From: Promethearchaeota archaeon
GTDB lineage: Archaea > Asgardarchaeota > Thorarchaeia > Thorarchaeales > Thorarchaeaceae
DNA: 32,000 nt
NCBI GenBank assembly: GCA_027031765.1
Contig: JALVPN010000041.1
Location: forward strand, 1-32,000
Direction of reading: 5' to 3'
The stretch's first letter is position 1; each line of letters starts with the position of its first letter. The notes under the pieces were generated by a model that worked only from the letters and a program-made list of their open reading frames with translations, was not told the origin of the DNA and made no database searches. Position numbers and translations under genes: made by a program. Below, piece by piece: positions 8,658 to 18,156 of this stretch.

Positions 8658-9527
8658 GTGATTGAACACAACCCCACCATTCTCAGCGGGCGTCGGGCCG
8701 TAGGCCTCGTGTGCAAGCCTGGCCGACCAGAGACCGAGCAGGTCGCACGTGAGTTGGTGGACATGCTCCTGTCTAGAAACATCCGGGTGCTCGTAGACCC
8801 CGGTTCATGCCATGTCGTCCATGAACGGACAGAACAGGTCGATATCCGTGACATGGACGTCGACTTTGTCATCACCATTGGCGGGGACGGCACAATCCTC
8901 TATACACTGGCGCATCTCAGACGACGTAACACGCCGCTCTTCTGCGTGAACAAGGGCACTGTGGGCTTCATGACCGAGAGTGACCTCACAGATGCTGCGG
9001 CAGCACTGTGCAAGATTCTTGACGGGGAGTGCGTCATCGAGTCTGCAGTCAACATTGCATCTGGGGTGGGGGAGCGTGAGTTCGACAATGCCCTCAACGA
9101 GGTATATGTGGTGTCGGCCGTACCTGGACGACTGTTGACCTTCAACGTGTTCTTGGACGGAGTGCACATCGACTACGGCCGCGCGGACGGTGCCATGCTG
9201 GCCACTCCAACTGGTTCCACCGCATACGCACTTGCAGCTGGCGGCTCTGTCCTTACCCCCAATGTGCATGGCCTGATTTTCGTACCTGTGTGCCCACCGC
9301 GGTTTGAATTGAAGTCCCTGGTAATACCTGACGACAGCCTGCTTGAACTGGAGCTGGCAAAACCGGGTGCCCCTGGCCTTGCAGTAATCGACGGCCAGAC
9401 CCGCCACGAGGTGCACCCACGCGAGACCGTGTGGATGAGAAAGGCACAGGGCGTTAGCAGGTTCATCCGGCTCTCGGACAACTACTATCACCGGTTGAGG
9501 ACACGACTTGTTCCTAGGACGCTGTAG
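8658..9527 (+). CDS. nadK: NAD(+) kinase
   Basis: GGDGT, NKGTVGF, ALNE, ADG..ATPTGSTAYALAAGG. Confidence 0.95.
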   Translation: MIEHNPTILSGRRAVGLVCKPGRPETEQVARELVDMLLSRNIRVLVDPGSCHVVHERTEQVDIRDMDVDFVITIGGDGTILYTLAHLRRRNTPLFCVNKGTVGFMTESDLTDAAAALCKILDGECVIESAVNIASGVGEREFDNALNEVYVVSAVPGRLLTFNVFLDGVHIDYGRADGAMLATPTGSTAYALAAGGSVLTPNVHGLIFVPVCPPRFELKSLVIPDDSLLELELAKPGAPGLAVIDGQTRHEVHPRETVWMRKAQGVSRFIRLSDNYYHRLRTRLVPRTL

Positions 9528-9536
9528 GCGAGGACT

Positions 9537-10058
9537 ATGTCCGAGGTCTACGTGCTCGATACAGCAGCACTGCTGTCAGACTGGCCCCACCGGCACCCGG
9601 ACAGACCGCTCATCACTACGCCGGGTGTTGTCGCAGAGGTGCAGAACAGGCCCAGCAGACGGCGAGTGTCAGACCTCATGTCCATCGGTCGTCTCTCTGT
9701 CGTCGAGCCTGATACCCGTCACCTCTCAGATGTGCGCCGGGTCGCCAGCAACACAGGTGATGCCCCTGTCCTGTCAGACACCGACCTCTCAGTGCTCGCC
9801 GTTGCACTTGCCGAACGCAGCTCTGGACGCAGGGTCACTATGGTCTCTGCCGACACAGCGGTACTGAATGTTGCGCGCCACCTGGGCCTTGACATTGCCG
9901 ACCTGTCAGGTGTCATGCGCGATACGGTTGTCTGGCGCTACCGTTGTCCGGCCTGCGGCCACTCAGAGCCGAGGTGTCCGCCCAACTGGGAGTGTCCTGT
10001 GTGTGGTACTCGCATGCGCCGTTCAGTACGTTCCCGGAGGCCCGTGTCACGGCGCTAG
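9537..10058 (+). CDS. nob1: Nob1-like PIN endonuclease with Zn ribbon (SSU rRNA maturation)
   Basis: YVLDTAALL, TTPGVVAEV, LSDTDLSVLAVA, SAD..VLNVA, C-terminal CPACG...CPVCG. Confidence 0.88.
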   Translation: MSEVYVLDTAALLSDWPHRHPDRPLITTPGVVAEVQNRPSRRRVSDLMSIGRLSVVEPDTRHLSDVRRVASNTGDAPVLSDTDLSVLAVALAERSSGRRVTMVSADTAVLNVARHLGLDIADLSGVMRDTVVWRYRCPACGHSEPRCPPNWECPVCGTRMRRSVRSRRPVSRR

Positions 10059-10189
10059 CAGTACCCCTGTTATGCCACCTGCTATTGGGCCAGCCCCGTG
10101 TGTCAGTCGGCAGGTGCAATGTGGGGTGGGTAATACCGGTGTCGTACAGCTTGTTATCTTGTCATCAAGAAACAGTGTGGCGGATGACG

Positions 10190-10441
10190 ATGAGTGGTGA
10201 TAGGTTCTCTACGGTCCGGCGGGACCTGGACGAGGTCCGGGCCCGTGTGCAGGAGGAGCTCATGACGGTGCGCGAGCTCATGGACACCCTGCCATACCAC
10301 AGGGACAGTACCGACTGGCACACTCCCTTCCAGCTCCACAGGTTGCGACGGGCGCTCAGGGTGCACTACCTCGCCATGCGCCTGAGGGACTCCCGCATGC
10401 CCGTGGCCACACCACCGATGGCGTGGCACCTTGAACAGTGA
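10190..10441 (+). CDS. Small hypothetical helical protein
   Basis: 3' part of the 9944..10441 ORF; amphipathic helices and gene-like codon usage; start at ATG 10184 or 10190. Confidence 0.5.
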   Translation: MSGDRFSTVRRDLDEVRARVQEELMTVRELMDTLPYHRDSTDWHTPFQLHRLRRALRVHYLAMRLRDSRMPVATPPMAWHLEQ

Positions 10442-10460
10442 GGACAGCACCCCAGTACCG

Positions 10461-10880
10461 TCACTCACCCACCAGCATTATCTCCACCGTGCGACTCCGT
10501 GCCCTGACATCAAAGTCCACAAGTGTGATCTGTTGCCACGTACCAAGGACAAGGCGTCCGTCAACAAAGGGCACTGTCAGGCCCGGCCCCACTATTGAGG
10601 CCCGGATGTGTGAGTGCCCGTTCTTCTCTCCCCATCTCTTATCATGTCTGTAGTCCCCGGTCTGCGGGACGAGCCGTTCCATTGCGTCCCCGAAGTCGTC
10701 CAGCAGTCCACTCTCGTACTCGGTGGTCATAATGGAACAGGTCGAGCCCGTACAGTACACAGTACAGGTCCCGTTCTTGAGCCCGCTCTCCGCAAGGATT
10801 CCTTTGACCCTGCTGGTCATGTCAATCATATCACACTTGCCCGCTGTATCGACAGTCAGTGTCTTGTGGTAGGTTGGCAC
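10461..10880 (-). CDS. yjbQ: YjbQ/UPF0047 family protein
   Basis: YRHD...NGHSHIRAS, LVLGTWQQITLVDFD..R.R. Confidence 0.93.
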   Translation of the reverse strand: MPTYHKTLTVDTAGKCDMIDMTSRVKGILAESGLKNGTCTVYCTGSTCSIMTTEYESGLLDDFGDAMERLVPQTGDYRHDKRWGEKNGHSHIRASIVGPGLTVPFVDGRLVLGTWQQITLVDFDVRARSRTVEIMLVGE

Positions 10881-10940
10881 ACCATCACCTCCCGGCGTGC
10901 TCTGTCAGTGTATATTATTCAAACTTGTGACGACCACATG

Positions 10941-12764
10941 TCACCGGCCATACCTCTTCGACACACCACGTCCTGTCCGGGGCCTCCGGATCTCGACCAG
11001 ATGACGCAGCGTAGTGAGCTTGTCGCCCAGCTCCTCCTCTCTCTCCTGGAGTGCCAGTACTGCAGCGACGTAGTTGTCCTCCACCAGTGGGCGGACGACA
11101 GCCATTACAGCCTCCATGTGTGCGTCCTTGCGGCGCCTTATAGTCCTCTCCATGGCCTCCACCACCCCCGTGACCTCCTCACGTTCCGCGGGCCTGTGTT
11201 CGAATATGGTTGCGAAGACCCGGAAGTAGTCGCTGAAGGCCTCCGCAAGCTCGCCCATCTCTTCGAAACCTGCAGCAGCGTCCATCAGGTACTCGATTGC
11301 TCTGTCGGTGTCGTCCTGACTGCCTGTCTTGAGCGCCTCAATCCCGGCGCTCCTCTTCCAGAGCGTTGCGAGTTCTGTTACTTCAAGTCCTGCATAGAAC
11401 TGGGCGGCAGCAGCTGCTCTCTCACTCGCCAGCCTGTGGAACTTCACGGCCGCCGGGCTGTCGCCCATGCGTTGTGCACACTCGCCGGCCTTGCTATAGT
11501 ACTTTGAGGCCTCGTCCTGTTGTCCGGCGTCCTCGCTCTCCTTCGCCAGCTCCTCGTAGAGTGCAATCACCCTCTGATACTGGGCCCAGGCCTCGGCATC
11601 ACGTCCGGCCTCAGACAGTACCTCTGCTGCCTCCTCAAGGGCCACTGCCTGTGCCTCCTTGTCGCCCCGGGCTGCCTCCTGCTCGGCCTCCACCAGATAC
11701 CTCTGCACGACGGTGTCGTATATCTCATCTGCCTCCTCTGTACTGCCCCATCTGCGGAGGCACATCGCTTGGAAGCGCAGGTAGTTCCTCTCTGCCTCCA
11801 TGTCCCCCTGTTCGGCCGCGCGCTCGACGAGTTTTGCGAACAGGCTGCTTGCGTACTTGTATGCCCATTTGGCCTTCATCTCACGCCCGATTTCTTGGAA
11901 CATGTCGGCCGCCTTGACCACAAGTGGTGCTGTGACCTCAAGCTTCCCGCCCGCCATGACGTAACAGAGTGCTGCTCTGTTCATTATCTGTCGGCGGGCC
12001 CACGTCTGTCTGAGCGCCCTGTAGACCTCTTGGGCGGCGTCATACATGTTGCCTGCCTTTTCAAGGAGGCGGGCCCGCTCGTAGCAGTGGCCTGCGTCCA
12101 CCATGTGTTTTGCCGCCTCTGTGAGCTCTCCCATTGCCTGGAGGATCTGTGCTGCCTCTGCAGAGGCGTTCGCGGCCGTGGTGTAGTCCTCCCTGTCCTT
12201 TGCCTCACCGGCCCACCTCTGACATATCCTGATTGCCCGGCGGTATATCCTGTCCGACAGCTCCTGGTCGCCCCCAGCATAGTACAGTCTGCCGACCCGC
12301 TTGAGCAGGCTGACCGCCTCTTCAAAGTCACCCTCTTCCTCGTAGGCGTCTGCAAGTTCCTCTAGGGCATCGGCTGCAGCTATCATGAGCTCCGCCTTCT
12401 CGTCTCCGACTGCAAAGTCAGCAGCCCTGAGATAGAAGTCGGCAGCCCGCCTGTGTTCTTCTGCCATCACTGCAATCCTGCCGGCATCCCTGTTGAGCCG
12501 GACTATCTCAGTATGGATTTCTGGTGACCCCTCCAGTCTAATGAGCATCAGGGTGGCTGAGTCGAACGCATCGAGGCACTCCTCTGCGAGGTACAGCTCA
12601 CTGTAGAGTAGTGCCATCTCCTCGTAGACCTCAGCAGCCTCCCTGTACTGTCCAGCCGCGGCAAGCTGTTGTGCTGCATCTTTGAGCACTCCCACTGCCT
12701 CCATCTTCTTGTCCGCCCGGGCAAGTTCCTTTGCCCTTTCAATGAGCGAGTTGGTAGCGGTCAA
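10941..12764 (-). CDS. Large all-helical TPR/SNAP-like repeat protein (~607 aa)
   Basis: Recurrent A-x2-(Y/F)-x2-A helices (AAEVYEEMA, AADFYLRAA, AGNMYDAA, ASKYYSKAG); TTG start at 12764 after GGAG assumed, ORF is open to 12881. Confidence 0.8.
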   Translation of the reverse strand: MTATNSLIERAKELARADKKMEAVGVLKDAAQQLAAAGQYREAAEVYEEMALLYSELYLAEECLDAFDSATLMLIRLEGSPEIHTEIVRLNRDAGRIAVMAEEHRRAADFYLRAADFAVGDEKAELMIAAADALEELADAYEEEGDFEEAVSLLKRVGRLYYAGGDQELSDRIYRRAIRICQRWAGEAKDREDYTTAANASAEAAQILQAMGELTEAAKHMVDAGHCYERARLLEKAGNMYDAAQEVYRALRQTWARRQIMNRAALCYVMAGGKLEVTAPLVVKAADMFQEIGREMKAKWAYKYASSLFAKLVERAAEQGDMEAERNYLRFQAMCLRRWGSTEEADEIYDTVVQRYLVEAEQEAARGDKEAQAVALEEAAEVLSEAGRDAEAWAQYQRVIALYEELAKESEDAGQQDEASKYYSKAGECAQRMGDSPAAVKFHRLASERAAAAAQFYAGLEVTELATLWKRSAGIEALKTGSQDDTDRAIEYLMDAAAGFEEMGELAEAFSDYFRVFATIFEHRPAEREEVTGVVEAMERTIRRRKDAHMEAVMAVVRPLVEDNYVAAVLALQEREEELGDKLTTLRHLVEIRRPRTGRGVSKRYGR

Positions 12765-12940
12765 TATGTGGTCTCCTGGAAGGACGGGCCTCCTGATGAG
12801 TTGCAATGCGGACGCAGTGCAAATATTAGTTGCCTTGGTGGAGTCGTAATCCACATTGCTGGCGGGCCAGTACCCAGTCACAACTCCCTGTCTGAGTTGC
12901 GGCTGCTTCCAAATAAATAAGACTCATATACGGCGCCCAC

Positions 12941-14065
12941 ATGGTCTACCCCGGTAGTGAAGGCCAAGTGACGCCGCGGATTGGCATCGGTCTGATTGGA
13001 GCCGGAAGCGCCGGGCTGCAACACCTCAAGGGGGTCGAGGCCCTCCGCAAGGCCGCACTCTTGGACCTGGAGGTCGCGGCCCTCTGTGACAAGGATGATG
13101 GCCGTCTCACATCGGCTGCACGGGAGTTCCACCCACAGAACACATACCACGACTATCACGACCTTGTGAACGACGAGCGCGTTGACGTCGTGTATGTGTG
13201 TACACCGACGACAATGCAGTCTGATGTCGTGAAGGCTGTCGCGGCTGCCGGCAAGCCGGTCCTCTGTGAGAAGCCGTTGGCACACAGCTGTCCACAGGCA
13301 CGTGACCTGCTGGCGGTGGCCAACAGTGCTGGGATTGCAACTGCCGTTGCACTGTTGCTGCGCTACGATGCGTTCCTGCTATATGCCCGCCGCCTTATCT
13401 CCTCGAACGAGTTCGGCCGTCCAATCCTCGCCCACATCCGTGATGACCGGCATGTACCGGCTGACTACATCGAGGAACAGCGCACCAGCAACCATTCTGT
13501 TGCGGCAGGCGGTGCAATCCTTGAGGACAGCATCCATGACATTGATGTGTTCCTGTGGTTCTTGGGTGATGTCGAGCGCGTGTTCGCGACTGTGAGGTTT
13601 GACGAGGAACGCCGGACGGAACACCTGGCCTCGGTCATACTGACCCACAAGAACGGGGCCATCAGCACCCTCGACTCAGTGTGGCACTGGGTCGACCGGC
13701 CCGATGAGCGGCGTGTCGAGCTGTTCTTTGAGGATGGGTTCCTCGGCATAACTCTCGAGACGGGCAACCGACACTTGGACTATCAGCTACGGGGTGAGGG
13801 CCCCGTCCGGGTCTCTGAAGAGAGCGCTCGGGAGGCGCTGCTGGATACGCTGGGCATACGTACATCAACCGTGGCGACAACGGTGTTCGTGTCCTCAGTC
13901 CGCGCTGGTGACGAGCGGTACCCCGCGCTCAGCTATGCGTTCTTGACGTCGCTCCTTGGAGGCCGACAGAGCTGTCCCACTTTCAAGGATGCTGTTGCCG
14001 CTCACAAGATAATTGATGCTGCCTACGAGTCGGCCTCTTCGGGACATGCAATCGACCCGCTGTAG
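12941..14065 (+). CDS. Gfo/Idh/MocA family NAD(P)-dependent oxidoreductase
   Basis: IGLIGAGSAG, DVVYVCTP, VLCEKPLA, GGAILEDSIHDID. Confidence 0.92.
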   Translation: MVYPGSEGQVTPRIGIGLIGAGSAGLQHLKGVEALRKAALLDLEVAALCDKDDGRLTSAAREFHPQNTYHDYHDLVNDERVDVVYVCTPTTMQSDVVKAVAAAGKPVLCEKPLAHSCPQARDLLAVANSAGIATAVALLLRYDAFLLYARRLISSNEFGRPILAHIRDDRHVPADYIEEQRTSNHSVAAGGAILEDSIHDIDVFLWFLGDVERVFATVRFDEERRTEHLASVILTHKNGAISTLDSVWHWVDRPDERRVELFFEDGFLGITLETGNRHLDYQLRGEGPVRVSEESAREALLDTLGIRTSTVATTVFVSSVRAGDERYPALSYAFLTSLLGGRQSCPTFKDAVAAHKIIDAAYESASSGHAIDPL

Positions 14066-14128
14066 CCCGTGCACCGTTCCCCATGCCAGTCATGCTTAAG
14101 TATAGGGGGCCCACACCTACGTGACATC

Positions 14129-15505
14129 ATGGATGAGATCTCGGTCAGTGATGTCCGCTCCTCGGAGTATGATGTTGTGGTTGCTGGCGCGGGGGCCGGA
14201 GGTCTGCTCACGGCGCTGGCCCTAACAGGTGCTGGGCACCGTGTGCTCGTTGTCGAGGCGCAGGATCATCCCGGTGGGGTGTGGTGGGGACACAGTGTTG
14301 ACGGCTTCCGGGTCGACCAGGGGCTCCACGTTATCACCCGTGTGCGGTCCGGTCCATTCGCCCGTTTCATTCGCAGGTACCTGCGCCCTCCACCGTCCAT
14401 TGTCCTCCATGATGGGTGGTACTTCAGGGTTCATGACCGGGTCGGTACAATCCCCAACAGTATTGGTGCAGCACTACGCTGGCCGCTCACGGGTCTTGGT
14501 GGCCGGTTCTCGCTTATCCGCATCGGTGCAAAGATCAAGACGATGGATGTTGCGGAGATGCGGGAGTACAAGGACATCACGTTCCTTGAGTTCATGCATG
14601 CGAACGGTGTGACGGACCAGAACATCCTTGACGTGATGCAGAGCGCCATCTACATGGCTGCTGGTGTCCCCATTGACCGGGCCTCCGCCTATGAGGCACT
14701 GAGGACACTGAAGGACACTGATAAGGAGCTACCACGGGGCGAGTCGCTGCGGCGCATACTGTTCGGGAGCGAGGAGTACGACGAGGGCGTTGTTGTGGGC
14801 GGGATGCGCGCCCTTGTTGAACAGGTTGTGGATGCCATCAATGGTGACTACGTACTTGGTGCTCCTGTGGAGCGGGTCATCGTGCGTGATGGCCGTGTGA
14901 AGGGCCTCGTTGTGGCCGGCAGGGAGATTGGACACCATTGTGTGGTGAGCAACATCCCACTACGTAACATGCCCCGGATTGTGGACTCTACGAGCCCGGA
15001 GGTGACGTCCTTCTTTGAGCGCTGGAGCAACATGTTGCCCACTCGCGGCCTCACCCTGTGGCTGGGCCTCGACCGCGTCGTCATTGGTGACCGCAAGTCC
15101 CGTGTTGTCGTCCATCCTACCCCCTGCACATGGATTGTCTCGCTGTCCAGTTTTGACCCGACCTGTGCACCAGAGGGAAAGGAGCTCGTAGGAGTCGCGA
15201 CAGTACTGTTGGAGGGGGACAGGCCGGACAGCGTCCTCAAACAGGTCAAAGAGAACGTGCTCGCCAGATACTTCCCGGGCCTGCTCAGGCACACTGTGAT
15301 GGAACACGTGCAGGTGTCATATGCCACACGGGCCGCGCTGGTGCCCGGTCAGACAGCACTTGACCGTCCCGGCCCCCGCACACCAGCCCGCGGACTATAT
15401 ATCGTGGGCACGGACACTGCTGGTGAAGGGGTGGGACTGCAGCAGGCAGCCAACTCCGCAACTGGTGTCGTGCGCGCTCTGCTTGACGACATCGAGTACC
15501 TGTAG
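14129..15505 (+). CDS. FAD-dependent oxidoreductase, phytoene desaturase-like/amine oxidase family
   Basis: YDVVVAGAGAGGL, VVEAQDHPGG, VDQGLH, GGMRALV, LYIVGTD; TTAAGTATA TATA-like element ~30 nt upstream. Confidence 0.85.
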   Translation: MDEISVSDVRSSEYDVVVAGAGAGGLLTALALTGAGHRVLVVEAQDHPGGVWWGHSVDGFRVDQGLHVITRVRSGPFARFIRRYLRPPPSIVLHDGWYFRVHDRVGTIPNSIGAALRWPLTGLGGRFSLIRIGAKIKTMDVAEMREYKDITFLEFMHANGVTDQNILDVMQSAIYMAAGVPIDRASAYEALRTLKDTDKELPRGESLRRILFGSEEYDEGVVVGGMRALVEQVVDAINGDYVLGAPVERVIVRDGRVKGLVVAGREIGHHCVVSNIPLRNMPRIVDSTSPEVTSFFERWSNMLPTRGLTLWLGLDRVVIGDRKSRVVVHPTPCTWIVSLSSFDPTCAPEGKELVGVATVLLEGDRPDSVLKQVKENVLARYFPGLLRHTVMEHVQVSYATRAALVPGQTALDRPGPRTPARGLYIVGTDTAGEGVGLQQAANSATGVVRALLDDIEYL

Positions 15506-15513
15506 CCAGTCCC

Positions 15514-16002
15514 TCACCGCTGGTCTAGGCCGGACATGGTGTCTAGGAGCCTGCGTATCAGGTGTACAAGACGGTCTGCACAGGCCTCGTAGGCCGCCAC
15601 CGGTCTGCCCCAGCAGTCCTCAATCTCACCCTCTTCCCCAACATACTCGGTCAGTAAGTGGACCCTGCCCTCACCACTGGCCTCCCCTGCTGTCATGTCC
15701 AGTACGGCCCTCTTCTGAGCCCCGGTCATTGTGAGTACTACGTCTGCCCACTCCATGCACCCACGCGTGAGCTGCCTTGACAGGTGTGACGACATATCCA
15801 CTCCCCGTGCCTTGAGCACAGTGACTGCAGCATGTTCGGGCCCTTCTCCATCAACTGCTGAGACCCCAGCTGAGCGGGCCTCCACGAGGTCGTCAAGTCC
15901 ACGTATTCCCGCCTCGTGTCTGAATATCGCCTCTGCCATTGCGCTCCGGCCTGTGTTGCCAGTACACACAAACAGTACTCGCATGTGTGGTCGCGCCTCC
16001 AT
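15514..16002 (-). CDS. Low-molecular-weight phosphatase family (LMW-PTP/ArsC/YwlE-like)
   Basis: VLFVCTGNTGRSAMAE P-loop, SAGV, WADVVLTM, IEDCWG; start at 16002 or 15984. Confidence 0.88.
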   Translation of the reverse strand: MEARPHMRVLFVCTGNTGRSAMAEAIFRHEAGIRGLDDLVEARSAGVSAVDGEGPEHAAVTVLKARGVDMSSHLSRQLTRGCMEWADVVLTMTGAQKRAVLDMTAGEASGEGRVHLLTEYVGEEGEIEDCWGRPVAAYEACADRLVHLIRRLLDTMSGLDQR

Positions 16003-16217
16003 GTGCGGCCCACCTTTTCCGTGCTGCCAGCTCCCCGGATGTGCAGTAGTACACTGGCTGGAGTCATCTTGCACTCAAGGGAGTGTCCACAACGTGTGCA
16101 GGCCACCCGGTCACGGTCGGCTGGCATGACCTCGTGTCCTCTTGGTCTCAGCGAAAGAATTTTGTTGTTGCGATGTGGCCTGCACTCTGACTTCAGTGTG
16201 ACGAAGGAGTCTTTTTC

Positions 16218-16775
16218 ATGCTGGTAGAAATCCGGTGGCACGGAAGAGGCGGACAGGGTGGCGTCACATCCGCCGAGCTATTGGCAAAAGCAGCATATCT
16301 TGACGGCTACAAGGGTGTCCAGGCGTTCCCGTTCTTTGGCGCTGAACGGCGTGGTGCTCCTGTCAAGGCCTTCACGCGGATATCGGACCGCGAGATCAAT
16401 GTCCGCTGTCAGATCTACGAGCCAGACATCGTGGCCGTGCTCGACCCCGATATCATAGACCTCATAGATGTCTGTGAGGGGCTGAAGGATGACGGTATAG
16501 TCATTGTCAACACCCCAAAGGCGCCGAGCGAGCTCGACCTGCGGGGTCATGTCTACACTTTCGACGGGACGGGCATCGCGCTCCGTCACGGCCTCCTCGT
16601 TGCAGGGCTCCCAGTGGTCAACACTACCATGCTGGGTGCTTTTGCAAGGGCCACAGGGCTGGTGAAACTGGAGACCGTGCAGCGTGTGATCATGGAGAAG
16701 TGGCCTGGCAAGGTCGGCGAGAGGAATGCCGAGGGTGCCAAAGAGGCCTACGACTCCTGCACCGACCAGGGCTAG
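16218..16775 (+). CDS. porG: Pyruvate/2-oxoacid:ferredoxin oxidoreductase gamma subunit
   Basis: EIRWHGRGGQGGVT, FPFFGAERRGAPV, VNTTMLGA. Confidence 0.93.
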   Translation: MLVEIRWHGRGGQGGVTSAELLAKAAYLDGYKGVQAFPFFGAERRGAPVKAFTRISDREINVRCQIYEPDIVAVLDPDIIDLIDVCEGLKDDGIVIVNTPKAPSELDLRGHVYTFDGTGIALRHGLLVAGLPVVNTTMLGAFARATGLVKLETVQRVIMEKWPGKVGERNAEGAKEAYDSCTDQG

Positions 16776-16955
16776 CGCCGCCCCAATCTGTTGCTGCTAC
16801 GTGGTGACCGACTGGGGTACACCAGGTCCCGCCAACACTGGCACCACCGTGTGTCAGCGGCCGTCCTCATACGTGGCTGCAGGACTGCCCCTGCATGTCT
16901 TCCGTGCCGTGAGGCTGCCGACCGCGCCTCATAAGGGGTCTGGAAACTGCCCATG

Positions 16956-17735
16956 CTATGCATATATCCTCTCGTAGCCTGGCCGTGCCACCTCTGGCCT
17001 GTGTCTACGGAGGCCCTCGACCTGCTGTGCCATCTCCTCCATCTTCCTCTTTATGAGCTCAGCACTCTCTTTGAGCTCGGTCGTGTCGACGCCGACGCTG
17101 TACAACCTGTTGAGTGCTTCTAGCAGGAGGACTGCAGCTTCAGGGTCTGGTACGACGGCTATTGCGGGTGTCAGGAGGGCAAACCCGACCATGTCGCGAC
17201 ACAGGGTCTCGGAGAGGATGGAGCCCGCAATGCCTGTGATTATGCCCTTCTTTAGGATTTCCATCTCGGGGCCCTTTGAGAGCTCGTCAATCTTCTCCTC
17301 CTCCGCAACAAAGAGCACTTTCCTGTTCGTGGGAATCCCCTGGGATGGTATACCGTCGAGCACGACGGTCTCACGCACCCCGACGCCAGCGGCCCAGTCT
17401 AGGAGTGCCGAGCTGACAGCATACATCCCCTCGTCAGCCACTGGCAGCTCCGTTGTCACTACGAGGAGGTTCCTCTTCTCGTGGCCATAGACCCTGAACG
17501 GGTGTCGGAGCCGCCCCTCAAGGAACACCGCCGCAGATGGGATGTACTTTGACCGCACATGGGCTATCTCTCTCATGTCAAACTGCTCGATTATTGTGTT
17601 GGCTGCAATGGTCCCCACAACGCCCGCTGACGGAAAACAGCACACGAGCAGTGGCTGGTCCAGCTCCAGCGTAACGGTCTGGACGACCTCTGCATCTGGA
17701 GCACCAAGTATCTTGGACGCACACTCTTCCGCCAT
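16956..17735 (-). CDS. PAC2-family proteasome assembly chaperone with C-terminal HbYX motif
   Basis: FPSAGVVGTIAA, HPFRVY, VLDG, GIITGIAGSIL, PDPEAA; ends in IYA; TTAATA element upstream; ATG 17735 preferred. Confidence 0.9.
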   Translation of the reverse strand: MAEECASKILGAPDAEVVQTVTLELDQPLLVCCFPSAGVVGTIAANTIIEQFDMREIAHVRSKYIPSAAVFLEGRLRHPFRVYGHEKRNLLVVTTELPVADEGMYAVSSALLDWAAGVGVRETVVLDGIPSQGIPTNRKVLFVAEEEKIDELSKGPEMEILKKGIITGIAGSILSETLCRDMVGFALLTPAIAVVPDPEAAVLLLEALNRLYSVGVDTTELKESAELIKRKMEEMAQQVEGLRRHRPEVARPGYERIYA

Positions 17736-18156
17736 GACTTGCAAACCCACTGAAAGGGTGTTCAGTCGTTGAATATTAAGTTTGAGTGACCGAACGGGGT
17801 GTTGTCCCGGGCAGTGTAACACTCCTTGTGGTACGACAACAACGTAGTCCTGGTGCCCGGTCCTGACCCGTGTCGTGTGACCCATGAACAGGCCTCGGAC
17901 TGAGTGGACGCTAAGACCATGTCGTGTACAGTATGCTAGGTTGTGTACCCGGCCGGACGCGACCTGATGCAGATGTCACGCGCCGGTAGTATCCCTCGCC
18001 TCTCCCCAGTCCCTCGACCCGGGCCCATATGTTGCCGGTGCCTACATGACCGTCCCCGGGTGCCAGCACCACGGTGGTCTGCTCGACAACCTGTGCGGAC
18101 CCCTTAATAGCCGCTTTTTCCTACCTGTAGGTGCGGTTCTCTTCCGGCCGTGAACA

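Noticed and set aside
9537-10058. Catalytically dead Nob1 (SAD instead of TDD)
   Set aside because: The PIN acidic set (D, E, D and the [ST]xD Asp) still appears present
10614-12365. Long plus-strand ORFs (297 aa, 281 aa, 183 aa) opposite the TPR gene, and similar antisense ORFs throughout
   Set aside because: Shadow ORFs of high-GC coding sequence with no protein-like motifs
14129-15505. Rab-GDI/REP-like eukaryotic signature protein
   Set aside because: Intact GxGxxG dinucleotide motif and C-terminal FAD-binding motif point to an ordinary flavoenzyme
17953-17986. Hairpin upstream of the aminotransferase as a riboswitch/ncRNA
   Set aside because: Short helices with several bulges; expected by chance at this GC content; no recognisable family
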